From IMG/VR virus record IMGVR_UViG_3300032093_000013: a stretch of 64,000 bases of DNA; one strand, 5' to 3'. A program made the translations under genes and the position numbers. Below the pieces are notes generated by a model. It was not told the DNA's origin. It made no database searches and saw only the letters and a list, made by a program, of their open reading frames with translations. The stretch is from a virus. This document shows positions 17,724 through 27,830 of the stretch, in pieces; within the stretch, counting starts at the first letter, position 1, and each line of letters starts with the position of its first letter.

Positions 17724-17780
17724 ATTATAGCAGCAAAAAAGGGGTCTTGCGACCCCCCTGTGCCAGTTTGTCAAGTGTCT
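17724..17780 (-). promoter_or_regulatory. early promoter element, copy 8, with terminator-like hairpin
   Basis: AGACACTTGACAAACTGGCAC-AGGGGGGTCGCAAGACCCC-TTTTTT..TATAAT. Confidence 0.75.
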
Positions 17781-17793
17781 TAAGTATCAAGAC

Positions 17794-19809
17794 TTATGGA
17801 ATTGTAGCGATACCACACCAACCAATTCCATTATAAACTTCTAATCTCTTGTTAGTTGTATTATAAATCAAACCACCTTCTACAATTGATAATGAATTTC
17901 TCTGCGTTGTTGTGACTTTAGGTGGAATCATAAATTGGAATATACTTCCAAGAGTTGGAACATTATACCCAGCAGCACTAAAATCAGCAAAAGAACTTGG
18001 AGTCGTTGTTCCAACTCCAACACCCTGAAAATAACCAACACCACGAGCAGCATCAACACTTACATCGTATGCAAGACTTGGTGCATAAGTGAATACATTT
18101 GTTCCAACTCCAATGCCACCAAGTGAATTGACTATGAATGCAGTAGTGCCGGCATTAACTATAAGAGGATAAGTTGAAGATGCAGATGTTTGAATGCCAA
18201 TGTTTCCAGTAGTAGTAATCGTTGTAAATCCTACTGAAGAATTTACTTGAATACGATTAAATGTTGAAATGCCTGTTGTTGCATTTACGTTGTTATTTAA
18301 AGATCCCGTAAGAGACAGTGTAGTTGTAATAAGATTATTTGCTGTTAAAACTCCACCAACAGTTAAGTTTCCGGAAACTCCAAGATTTCCACCAACAAAA
18401 GAATTTCCAGTTACTGTTGACGTTCCAACTACGTGTAGAGTGTTAGATGGAATGGTAATTCCAATTCCAAGAGAACCTCCATAAGTCAAAGTCATTAATG
18501 GAGTATTAGCATTTTGCCCATAAATCCAATTAAATGCACCAGTTCCGACACCAGAAGAACCTAGATTCAAGTAATTATTTACATTTCCAAGAGCATAATT
18601 GATAATATCTAAAGAAGACTGTGTGCTATATCCTTGACTTACGTTAGTATTTCCAAATCTTAATACCCCATTGGAAGTTTGTAGTGAATTGCTTCTTCCA
18701 ATAGAAATAAGTGCGGATTGAGTATCACTTGTAACTAGAATTGATGCAGCAGTTGCATTTCTAATTTGCAAATCACCAATTGGATTAGTTGTTCCAATTC
18801 CAATACTTGTTTGGGCAACTAGATTTGTGGTTGTTGTAAGTCCTGATACACCAAGAGTAGTGGCAGTTATGATTCCACTTGCATTTAAATTGGCAGCCGT
18901 TATATTTCCAACAGTAATACTTGGGGTCCCTGTTAGTGATTGTGCCGTGCTTGCAGTTCCAGTTACATTCCCAACAAATCCGCCAGCGGCAGTTACGATC
19001 CCAGAAACGCTGATGCTTTGAGGTAATCTAGGATTGGATAAAGTGCCCGAAGAAATATTTGAAGCATTGATTCCAGAAATATCTGTTCCAAATCCGGCAA
19101 AACTGTACGCTGTTACGATTCCAGAAACACTAATGCTTTGAGGTAATCTAGGGTTGGATAAAGTGCCTGAAGAAATATTTGAAGCATTAATTTGAGTGAT
19201 GTTTGACCCAATTCCATCAAAACTTGCAGCAGTTACAACTCCAGAAACATTGATGTTTTGGGGTAATCTAGGATTGGATAAAGTTCCTGAAGAAATGTTA
19301 GAGGCATTAATCTGAGTAATATCTGACCCAATTCCAGCAAAACTTGCAGCAGTTATGATTCCTGTATATGTTGCATTTCCATTATTATTGATCGTGACTG
19401 CAACACCAACCTGTAAAGTTCCTGTTGGATTGGTTGTCGCCACACCAACACTTGATGTTGTAGAAATAGTGCCTGCAGAAACATACCAACCATCAACAGC
19501 AATTGCATAAATGTTTGTTAGTCCCGCAGCATCTCCATAAAAAGTTGTTGCAGTTACGACTCCAGAAGCATTTATATTTGACGCAGTTAAAAATCCAACG
19601 GTGCTAACACCAGTAACATTCAAGTCACCAATTTTTGCACTCGTTGCAGTAACTAGTCCAATAACTCTAGTATCACCATAAACATTTAAAAGATAAGATT
19701 CTGGAATTGTTGTTCCAATTCCAACCAAGCCATTCGCATTTACAACGAAATTATCTTCGTCAACTTGGACTCCATTTCTAAAATTAAATGACTTCTTATA
19801 ATTTGCCAT
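17794..19809 (-). CDS. tail fibre protein
   Basis: GIGTT repeats, three ~40-aa repeats, C-terminal GGLIYNTTNKRLEVYNG. Confidence 0.8.
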   Translation of the reverse strand: MANYKKSFNFRNGVQVDEDNFVVNANGLVGIGTTIPESYLLNVYGDTRVIGLVTATSAKIGDLNVTGVSTVGFLTASNINASGVVTATTFYGDAAGLTNIYAIAVDGWYVSAGTISTTSSVGVATTNPTGTLQVGVAVTINNNGNATYTGIITAASFAGIGSDITQINASNISSGTLSNPRLPQNINVSGVVTAASFDGIGSNITQINASNISSGTLSNPRLPQSISVSGIVTAYSFAGFGTDISGINASNISSGTLSNPRLPQSISVSGIVTAAGGFVGNVTGTASTAQSLTGTPSITVGNITAANLNASGIITATTLGVSGLTTTTNLVAQTSIGIGTTNPIGDLQIRNATAASILVTSDTQSALISIGRSNSLQTSNGVLRFGNTNVSQGYSTQSSLDIINYALGNVNNYLNLGSSGVGTGAFNWIYGQNANTPLMTLTYGGSLGIGITIPSNTLHVVGTSTVTGNSFVGGNLGVSGNLTVGGVLTANNLITTTLSLTGSLNNNVNATTGISTFNRIQVNSSVGFTTITTTGNIGIQTSASSTYPLIVNAGTTAFIVNSLGGIGVGTNVFTYAPSLAYDVSVDAARGVGYFQGVGVGTTTPSSFADFSAAGYNVPTLGSIFQFMIPPKVTTTQRNSLSIVEGGLIYNTTNKRLEVYNGIGWCGIATIP

Positions 19810-19826
19810 TTTAGATTTTTAACTAT

Positions 19827-20459
19827 TTATGGTTGGCTAGTAATATAATAAAGTTTTGGAATATAAGTATCAATGACAGATTGAATTTCAAAAACTTCAC
19901 CTTTTTTAATTCTTAAATACTTACCAAAATTAAGGTTGGTGAAATTTTCTTGAGTAGGACTTTTATAGGTGATTGTGTTTAATTCTGATTTATATATTGG
20001 ATTTGCAAGATAAAGATCTTTGTTTTTATCAACTACTTCTATCGTTTCTCCTGCTGATATTTTTATTTGCTCACCATTTAAAGTTTTTGCAGAACTTGGA
20101 CACTCCCACTCCACTCCTTCAGATTCATTTGTGGTAAACAAACTATTAAAATGTAATGAATAGCACCATTTTGAATTATCTTCTAAGGCAGTTATTAAAA
20201 CTGCCTTTTGTGGTCTTCTATTAAAAGAGTCTCCAGCATAAACAGTATCGATTACATCCGTTCCTATTTCTTGAAATGTAAAGCTTCCTTCGGTTGCAAA
20301 AGTGCATCCATAATCTTCTATTTGATTATCTTCTCCCAATTCAAGACTAGTTTTTGATAAGTCGCAGGTGATGAATATTTCACCTTTATTCATAGTCCAA
20401 TAACTTAACAGCAGTTTATTTTTACTATCTCTAAAATTTTTAAATTCTACTGGTTGCAT
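19827..20459 (-). CDS. hypothetical protein (possibly cupin-like beta fold)
   Basis: 210-aa ORF coupled to the adhesin gene. Confidence 0.6.
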   Translation of the reverse strand: MQPVEFKNFRDSKNKLLLSYWTMNKGEIFITCDLSKTSLELGEDNQIEDYGCTFATEGSFTFQEIGTDVIDTVYAGDSFNRRPQKAVLITALEDNSKWCYSLHFNSLFTTNESEGVEWECPSSAKTLNGEQIKISAGETIEVVDKNKDLYLANPIYKSELNTITYKSPTQENFTNLNFGKYLRIKKGEVFEIQSVIDTYIPKLYYITSQP

Positions 20460-21346
20460 TACCCAACACCTCCTAATCTAGATCCAGTTACCAACCAAGT
20501 TGCAAAACCACTATTAACTATATAGTTGCCTGCCGTCCCTCCGCCACCAGAAGAACTTCCACCATTTTGCCCTAGATTTCCTCCACTTGCACCAGCAGAT
20601 CCTGAGGCGCTTGCAGCCCCATTTTGAGAATATCCACCGCCGCCGCCGCCACCGCCGGCAGTTAAATTTCCTGCAGTACCACTATTTGCACCAGATCCAC
20701 CAGATCCGGCAACAGATCCGGCGCCGCCACCACCTCCACCACCATCGGCGCAGGCAGTATCACACCTTTGCTCACAACAACCAACTTGCCGACATTGAGT
20801 AAAGCAACCACCGCTTCCTGCGCCGCCGCCACCTCCGCCGCCACCGATGGTTCCATTATTTGTAATGAAAGTTGTGAGATTTAAAGTTAAAGCTGGACCG
20901 CCATTGCTGCCCCCTCCACCATTTGCATTTCCACCATTTCCGCCAGCACCCACAATGTAATTATTATTTGTTAGATAGAGTGAAGATCCTGCAGGAAAAC
21001 TGCCGGTATTGAAGGCAGTTGTTGAAGTGTTTGATGCACTTATTGTTCCGTTTACAGTTAAGTAATATTTAACTGGCAGATTATTGGTAATAATCGTTGC
21101 AATTGATTTATATCCACCCGTAACAGATGCATTTGAAAGGTCATTATAGGCATTGTAATCTGTAGCCGCACCTATAGTTCTTGTAGCATTAATTATTTTA
21201 CTATAAAAATCTGAAAACTTTATCTGACCGCTGTTTGGAATACCAGCGTCTAAACCATAATATCTTGATATTGACCTTGTACCGGCAATACCAAATTCAT
21301 TTGTTATATCGGTAAAACTAATTGCACCAGATGATGGAGTGGGCAT
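20459..21346 (-). CDS. gp38-like glycine-rich adhesin
   Basis: GAGGNGG..GGPAL..NNGTIGGGGGGG..TW..G..G pattern; follows an S74 fibre gene. Confidence 0.7.
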   Translation of the reverse strand: MPTPSSGAISFTDITNEFGIAGTRSISRYYGLDAGIPNSGQIKFSDFYSKIINATRTIGAATDYNAYNDLSNASVTGGYKSIATIITNNLPVKYYLTVNGTISASNTSTTAFNTGSFPAGSSLYLTNNNYIVGAGGNGGNANGGGGSNGGPALTLNLTTFITNNGTIGGGGGGGGAGSGGCFTQCRQVGCCEQRCDTACADGGGGGGGAGSVAGSGGSGANSGTAGNLTAGGGGGGGGYSQNGAASASGSAGASGGNLGQNGGSSSGGGGTAGNYIVNSGFATWLVTGSRLGGVG

Positions 21347-21347
21347 T

Positions 21348-24300
21348 TTACTTATTGATTGTTTGTTTTAGTTCATCAATTTCAGTTTTTAAATCTTTAA
21401 TTGCTTCAATTAAAAGTGGGACAAGTTTTTCATAACGAACGGCGAGGTATCCATTCTCTCTTGTTGTTACTGCCTCCGGTAAAACTTCAAGAATTTCTTG
21501 TGCAACAACACCAACATCATTACCCTCTTTGTTTGATTTTTCATTCCAATCAAATGTATTACCACTGATTGAAATGACCTTATTCAAAGCATCTGGGATT
21601 GGAGTGATATTATCTTTTAACCTTTGGTCCGAAGTATAGAATGCCGTGATATCTTGAGTGACTCTTAATTCACCATTAACAGTTGTAATATCGGTGATTG
21701 CATCTCCAAGAGTTGTGTTTCCATTAACGTTTAATGTTCCAGCAACTGTTACATTTGCTCCCGAAAGACTGATAGCGGTTGATCCATCAGATGCTTGAAT
21801 ATCATTACCATTGACTCTAATATCGCCAGCAAATGTGGTCAGGGTATTTGATGTCAGAGTAATATTAGTATTACCATTTGATGCCTGAATATCATTACCA
21901 TTAATACGAATATCGCCAGCAAATGTAGTCAGAGTGTTAGATGTTAATGTAATATTAGTATTTCCATCAGATGCTTGAATATCATTACCATTAATTCTCA
22001 GGTCATTTGTAACAATTAAATCATTGGCAGTGGTTACATTTGTTCCAGATAGACTGAGTGCAACAGATCCGGTGGAAGATTGAATATCATTACCATTAAT
22101 TCTCAGGTCATTTGTGACAATGAGATTATTGGCAGTTGTTACATCTGTACCTGACAAACTAAGTGCTACAGAACCTGCTGAAGACTGAATATCATTACCA
22201 TTAATACGAATATCGCCAGCAAATGTTGTAAGTGTATTAGATGCTAATGTAATGTTTGTGTTACCATCAGATGCTTGAATATCGTTGCCATTGACGCGCA
22301 AATCGCTGCTTACTATTACAATTCCTGACCCATTTGGAGTAAGTGTAATGTTGCCGTTGGTATTTGTAGAACTTAATACATTTCCGTCCAGTCTCAAATT
22401 ATCAACATCAAGAGATGTATTTAAAGTTACGCTACCAGTGAAAACAGAATTTCCACCAACATAAAGATTTTCTCCAATTCCAACTCCACCTTTGACAGTC
22501 AGAGCACCTTTTCCAACAGAATCGGAAGATGTTGTATTTGTAATTCTGACTTGTCCACTAAATGTAACAGCATCTTTTGCTCTGATTTGTTTGTTGAATG
22601 TTACAGGACCGTCAAATTGAGAAAGAACCGTACCAGAATCACCACCCTCTACAAGAAGTCTTTCTTTAACAGTGACTTCATCATAAACAACACTGGATTT
22701 GGAAGGATCTTGTCCAGTTACTGTAGGAGTTGGAATATCATATGAAGTAACCTCACCTGAAGTTGAAGATGTTTTGGTGTTTCCACTGAAGAAATCACCA
22801 TTGTTATTCATACCAGTATAAACAACAATGCCCCCAGATCTTTCTTGTGATTGAACTAAGAAATCTTCTCTTTCAGTAAGAGACTTGATTTGAACTTGAG
22901 GAAGACCAGTGGAATAGTTTCCGGGACCGTAACCAAGATATTCAAATGTATGTCCAGAAGCACGAAGAATTGATGGTCTACGGAATTCAACTGGAATTGG
23001 GTCAATCTTACGAATTAGTGATCCTGCATCGTGAGTTTCTTTTCTTGTTCCAAGAGCACCACGAATGACTGTAAATTGAGAATTATTACTTGAAGAAGTA
23101 ATTCTCATTATTTCACTATCAATTTGGATGTAAGATCCCATTGAGAATCTTGCACCAGTTCCAATACCCGAAGTAATAGAAGAAATTTGAAGAGTTGTTG
23201 CAGCAGAATCATCTGTAATTGCTGCAGTGAGTCTTACAATTTCATTTCCATAAAAAGAAGTTTGACGAATACCAAAGTTTTCTTCTCTAATATCAGAAAT
23301 CGCATCATTAGCAGACAGACCGTGCTTCAATACATGACCATTTGCAACACTCAATGATTGATTTGTAATCGCAGTAAATGTAGTTACGCCTACTCTTTCC
23401 TTAACTAGATAGTCTCCAGCATTATTATTAGAAGAATCGATGACTCTAAACTTGTTTCCTGCCAACAATCCATGTGGAGTTGCTGTCGTGAATGTTGCAA
23501 TTCCAGTTGTTGAACTATAACTTGTAGATGTAATTCTAGCAGATGGTCCTACAATGAAGACATACTCACCAACAACTGGTGTTGGATCTCCAGCAGTTTT
23601 AGCAATAGAGATTTGAGATGCAGAATTAACTGCACTGATACGATGATAAGAATCAGATGTGGTGCCAATACCAGTAATCTGAACTACATCACCAATGCTT
23701 GTAGAAATACCGGCGGTTGATAATGTATATCTCGCGTTACCATTACCAGCACCAATTCTGGTGTTGTCAAAATAGAGTGCTTCTCCGTTTGTATATCCAG
23801 ATCCAGCGGAAATAATATCAACGGAAGTAACAGCACCACCAGTTACAACTACTTTTGCGGTGGCACCTTTCCAAGTTCCAACAGAGGGACTTGGGTCTGT
23901 GTTTAGGAGTTTTACATCATAATAGGTGCCATTATTGTATGATGCTCCAGCAGTAATCGCACCAATAGCAATACCACCGAGACCATGATTTCTTCCAAAG
24001 GTAAGAGTAGCACTTGTTGAAGATGAAGTAAGCGAAGTAATTGATTGACCAATTCCTAGAGATGTTGCGAATTTATCAATCGTTTCGCGGGTAATACTCT
24101 TCTTTAAGTCGCTTGTATTTGTGTCGCCAATTGGTGAGCGAAGTGCAAATGTTTTTGCTGCTGGAGGATTGGAATTGACATTATCTCTATCCAATTGGGG
24201 ATAAAGATCCACAGGACTTTGCGAATACTTTAGGTTTATAAACTCTTCAGGAATTCCGTTACTTGCATTTAAAACATACAAGTGGTAGATTCCATCTTGC

Positions 24301-27158
24301 TGCCCCTCAACATAAGAAGAAATTACTTCATTTCGATAGACATAAAGATTTTGTCGAATATCATTTCTTTCGAAACGAGGAAGATCTCTAATTTGGTCAT
24401 CGGTAACTCTTAAATCAATATTATTTGTGCTGGAAGCACCTGGAGTATGAACTCTTCCAGTCAAATCTGTGGTAGAGTATGTAAACGACATATCATTTAC
24501 AACAGAAGCAACACGGAATCTTCCGTTGTATCCACGATTATATGTGCCAGTTAAGTTACTGCTGTCGGTTACATTCTTAACAATGACAATATCATCAACA
24601 TTTAAGTCATGTGGAAGTTCAGATAAGACTGTAACCGTACCAGAACTTACTGTGCAAGTTGTAATGAATCTTTGATTCTTATTGTAATTGTAATCGGTGC
24701 TTGCAATACTAGTTCTTGTAAAATCATTAGGTCTTGCACCAGTTGTGCTTGAGTCCTGAATAATAAATCCGTTTTCTGGATCCTTAGCACCAGAAAGTTC
24801 TTTTGGAATAACTGCTCTTATCTTATAAACTTTCTCATCCAAACTTCTTTCATCAATGATTCTCTTCACATAAGTGAGATCGGTGGTCTCACTTAATCCA
24901 GCAACACCAAGCGTATTAATTTGATTGTAAATTTGGTTACCGCTATTTACGGTAATAAACCAGTTACCTGCACTTGAGTCATATTGAATTGGCGATCCAA
25001 TATCACCTGCAATTTTATCAGAAACTCTACTATAAACCTTCAGTTGAGTGCCACCATAAAGAGTCAGAGCTTCATTATTCAGAGCATTTGTAAATGATGT
25101 TGCAAGTTTAATTTGAGTAGAGCTAACTCGAATTGTATAGTAATCGATATGTGGGGTTACATTTTCTGGCAAATCTCCTGTTTCACTATTGATGATAATC
25201 TTTTCACCCGTTTGAATGGCATGAGTTCCAAGAGTTAGAATTGAAGAAGATACATTTGTTACTGAATATGCGTGGAAGGAACTTGTGATTCCATCCTCCA
25301 TATAAATGTCTGCAGAATATTCTGTAGCCCCAATTGCAAGGTATAATTTATCACGAACTCTTGCACCAATTCGGTATCCTTGAGTAACACTCACAGGAAT
25401 ACTATCTGATGCATTTAATCCATAAAGATAAAGATGAGTTGATACGCCAACAGAAGTTGTAAGACCAACATCAATTGACAACCATTCAATATCTTCTTCT
25501 ACTAAACTAATATCTCTTGGAGTAATGATAGAAGTGATGAAAGCATTATCATCTTTTGAAAATGCCTCTGCTTTGAATCCATCAGAGTTTAATGAAATTT
25601 GACCGAAGTTTGAGTTAGAGTTAGTAATCGATGCATCACCACCGGACTCTAAATCAAAATGCTTATTGAAACCAATTGCAAAAACAGAAACAACTTGAAT
25701 AAAAGAATCGTTTGTTACTTTGATATGACTCGTTTCCCACCCATGACGATAGATGGCATTTGGATCTAAGTGGTAGACTTTTGTTGTATCTGTTTGAGAA
25801 GCGCCAGTAGGTAAGTCTCCACCATAAACGGTGTTATAAATGACACCATTATAAGTTCTAGTTTCCTTATCATACTTTACAAAAGCTCTATCATCTTTTT
25901 GGAGTGACACAGCAGTAAACTGTGCAACAACCATTGAACGGAATCCTGATGCTTTGCTGCCATCAGCGTGCATTCCATTCATACCCCAAACTGATCTTAA
26001 TGAGCAGTTAAAGATATATGGCGAAGCACCAGATACTGTATCAGTTTCTACCGTAACTGTAGCACCCGATGCACTTGGACTAGCAGGTAATGTGATTGGG
26101 AATGTTTGAAGTAGATACGTAAATTGTGTATCACTAATGACTGCTTGTACAGTTGAAGCAATGTTATATTCTGGTGCAGAAACTCCTCTGATTTTAATTG
26201 GAGTGCCTATGTTTAAATTGTGCGCTTCTGTTGTAGTTACAGTAACTTGTGTGCTTGCTGTCGTTCCGTTACCAGAAATAATTGTTGCAATTTCAATAGG
26301 ATCTGAAGCAAAGGCACCAACAATTTGCCATTCTGGATTTCTCTTTGCAAAATCTTCAGTGCTGGCAGGAAACTTTGCAGTCGTTGGAATTGGGCGATAT
26401 GAATTAAAAGCATTCGATAACTTACTATAATACATATCAAGGTCTGTTAGACCATATGTGCCAACCTCATTGACACCATCAGCATATTCAAAACAGGTCA
26501 GTTTATGGTGAGAGAATCTTGGTGCTGACTGATAGTTACTTGAAAAGAAAGATGGGTGAGTATAAACAAGACTAGAATCATCTGCGTCAAAAAATGAAAA
26601 CTGCCAGAAATAACAAGCTCCTGTTACTCTAAAGATTGCAGATTTAGAAACCAAAGGATCCGTTGGGTTTGGAACATACTTTGGTCTAACTTTTGTTTTT
26701 CTTAAGTCAAGACCTACAATAGAAGTTCCTCTAGGAACTACAACACCGCCAGTAACGCTGTTAAATTTGTAAAGAATATTATCTTCTTGCGTTAAATCGA
26801 AGTTGGAATCTAATTCTAGGGATAAAACTGCTTGTGCAGGAGATCCAATTCCTCCAGTTGGCGGCACAGCATATGCAGTTCCACTATTATCATAAATTGC
26901 AAAACCTGGTCTGTTATCAATTAAATGCTCACCTGGCCAAACTAAAATTGTTGTTTTTTCTACTAAATCATTATCATTTCCATTCACAAAAGAAAATCTT
27001 GCTGCTTCCAATAACGCTCTTTGAATCGTCTTAAATGGCTGAGCAAGAGAGTTGCCAGTATTTGTAATTGAATCTGTAGCGTCTAAATCATTTGGATTTA
27101 CATATAATGTACGCCCTTCAATGTTTTTGATAAAGTTGTCTAATTTATTTAATCCCAA
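21348..27158 (-). CDS. large virion structural/tail fibre protein with C-terminal intramolecular chaperone (peptidase S74)
   Basis: 1936 aa; SDQRLKDNI...GVVAQE...VRYEKLVPLLIEAIK. Confidence 0.85.
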   Translation of the reverse strand: MGLNKLDNFIKNIEGRTLYVNPNDLDATDSITNTGNSLAQPFKTIQRALLEAARFSFVNGNDNDLVEKTTILVWPGEHLIDNRPGFAIYDNSGTAYAVPPTGGIGSPAQAVLSLELDSNFDLTQEDNILYKFNSVTGGVVVPRGTSIVGLDLRKTKVRPKYVPNPTDPLVSKSAIFRVTGACYFWQFSFFDADDSSLVYTHPSFFSSNYQSAPRFSHHKLTCFEYADGVNEVGTYGLTDLDMYYSKLSNAFNSYRPIPTTAKFPASTEDFAKRNPEWQIVGAFASDPIEIATIISGNGTTASTQVTVTTTEAHNLNIGTPIKIRGVSAPEYNIASTVQAVISDTQFTYLLQTFPITLPASPSASGATVTVETDTVSGASPYIFNCSLRSVWGMNGMHADGSKASGFRSMVVAQFTAVSLQKDDRAFVKYDKETRTYNGVIYNTVYGGDLPTGASQTDTTKVYHLDPNAIYRHGWETSHIKVTNDSFIQVVSVFAIGFNKHFDLESGGDASITNSNSNFGQISLNSDGFKAEAFSKDDNAFITSIITPRDISLVEEDIEWLSIDVGLTTSVGVSTHLYLYGLNASDSIPVSVTQGYRIGARVRDKLYLAIGATEYSADIYMEDGITSSFHAYSVTNVSSSILTLGTHAIQTGEKIIINSETGDLPENVTPHIDYYTIRVSSTQIKLATSFTNALNNEALTLYGGTQLKVYSRVSDKIAGDIGSPIQYDSSAGNWFITVNSGNQIYNQINTLGVAGLSETTDLTYVKRIIDERSLDEKVYKIRAVIPKELSGAKDPENGFIIQDSSTTGARPNDFTRTSIASTDYNYNKNQRFITTCTVSSGTVTVLSELPHDLNVDDIVIVKNVTDSSNLTGTYNRGYNGRFRVASVVNDMSFTYSTTDLTGRVHTPGASSTNNIDLRVTDDQIRDLPRFERNDIRQNLYVYRNEVISSYVEGQQDGIYHLYVLNASNGIPEEFINLKYSQSPVDLYPQLDRDNVNSNPPAAKTFALRSPIGDTNTSDLKKSITRETIDKFATSLGIGQSITSLTSSSTSATLTFGRNHGLGGIAIGAITAGASYNNGTYYDVKLLNTDPSPSVGTWKGATAKVVVTGGAVTSVDIISAGSGYTNGEALYFDNTRIGAGNGNARYTLSTAGISTSIGDVVQITGIGTTSDSYHRISAVNSASQISIAKTAGDPTPVVGEYVFIVGPSARITSTSYSSTTGIATFTTATPHGLLAGNKFRVIDSSNNNAGDYLVKERVGVTTFTAITNQSLSVANGHVLKHGLSANDAISDIREENFGIRQTSFYGNEIVRLTAAITDDSAATTLQISSITSGIGTGARFSMGSYIQIDSEIMRITSSSNNSQFTVIRGALGTRKETHDAGSLIRKIDPIPVEFRRPSILRASGHTFEYLGYGPGNYSTGLPQVQIKSLTEREDFLVQSQERSGGIVVYTGMNNNGDFFSGNTKTSSTSGEVTSYDIPTPTVTGQDPSKSSVVYDEVTVKERLLVEGGDSGTVLSQFDGPVTFNKQIRAKDAVTFSGQVRITNTTSSDSVGKGALTVKGGVGIGENLYVGGNSVFTGSVTLNTSLDVDNLRLDGNVLSSTNTNGNITLTPNGSGIVIVSSDLRVNGNDIQASDGNTNITLASNTLTTFAGDIRINGNDIQSSAGSVALSLSGTDVTTANNLIVTNDLRINGNDIQSSTGSVALSLSGTNVTTANDLIVTNDLRINGNDIQASDGNTNITLTSNTLTTFAGDIRINGNDIQASNGNTNITLTSNTLTTFAGDIRVNGNDIQASDGSTAISLSGANVTVAGTLNVNGNTTLGDAITDITTVNGELRVTQDITAFYTSDQRLKDNITPIPDALNKVISISGNTFDWNEKSNKEGNDVGVVAQEILEVLPEAVTTRENGYLAVRYEKLVPLLIEAIKDLKTEIDELKQTINK
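21770..22310 (-). repeat. tandem ~30-33-aa repeats D(I/L)R(I/V)NGNDIQ(A/S)S
   Basis: recurrent GAATATCATTACCATT in the DNA. Confidence 0.85.
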
Positions 27159-27187
27159 GGTTCCACACCATTAAATTCTTCTGTGTT

Positions 27188-27730
27188 TTATTTATATTTG
27201 CTCATCCAATACTTGTGTAGAAATCCCAAAATATAATCATCGCCAGGACGCTCTTTACTTAACTTATTTTCTATACCGTTATTCCACCATTTTTTTCCAA
27301 AAGATGGATTATTTTCTCCCGATAGTCCTTTACTCATATTGTGTCTGTGTTCTTTCGTAAATATTTTTTTCTTTGCTGCCTCACTTAATTTTCGTTTATG
27401 TTCATCTGTAAATTTCTTACCTTTATGACTATCACTTAACTTCTTTTTAGTTTCATCACTTAAACGGCGACCAGCACATCCTTCTCCACCGTCAGTCATA
27501 TTTCTCAAAATACCTGTTCCCAAATCTTTTCGACCAAGGACAGCAATCATATAAATCTCGTGCTTTCTTGCTTCTTCATCGGTAAGATTTTTCTTTAAAT
27601 AAATTATTCTTTCTTTTTCTTTAGGAACAGCAATTCTATGTAAATTATTAGTAATTCTTCCTGCCTTACCCTTACCAATATAATAAGGTGTGCCGTCTTC
27701 ACGCAAATAAGCGTAAGTGTAGTATTCCAT
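27188..27730 (-). CDS. putative homing endonuclease (GIY-YIG-like with NUMOD3 repeats)
   Basis: YYTYAY..PYYIGKG, RNMTDGGEG, KLSDSHKGKK; start MEYYTY. Confidence 0.8.
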   Translation of the reverse strand: MEYYTYAYLREDGTPYYIGKGKAGRITNNLHRIAVPKEKERIIYLKKNLTDEEARKHEIYMIAVLGRKDLGTGILRNMTDGGEGCAGRRLSDETKKKLSDSHKGKKFTDEHKRKLSEAAKKKIFTKEHRHNMSKGLSGENNPSFGKKWWNNGIENKLSKERPGDDYILGFLHKYWMSKYK

Positions 27731-27731
27731 C

Positions 27732-27830
27732 TGCTTTTTGTTTGTGGTAATAATATTTATACAAGAAAAGGAGCATTTCTGCTCCCATTCTTTACTTTTG
27801 AATAACCACAAACAAAAGCATTATTATTTA
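27732..27830 (-). promoter_or_regulatory. endonuclease leader with the same architecture as 5131-5222
   Basis: TAAATA 27825-27830; arms 27805-27820 and 27732-27748; hairpin 27770-27785; TATAAATA 27754-27761. Confidence 0.65.

Noticed and set aside
4304-17780. Repeated element as a CRISPR array or integron attC sites
   Set aside because: Copies are 0.7-3.5 kb apart and separated by genes. There are no RYYYAAC/GTTRRRY ends and no cas or integrase gene in the window, and the fixed TATAAT spacing fits a promoter.
16508-17836. 442-aa plus-strand ORF
   Set aside because: It is the antisense shadow of the GC-rich helicase, with no motifs or expression signals.
27731-27811. N-terminal extensions given by the ORF track (also at 7885, 13312, 14207 and 45494)
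   Set aside because: They run through promoters, terminators or the upstream gene; downstream ATGs fit the signals better.
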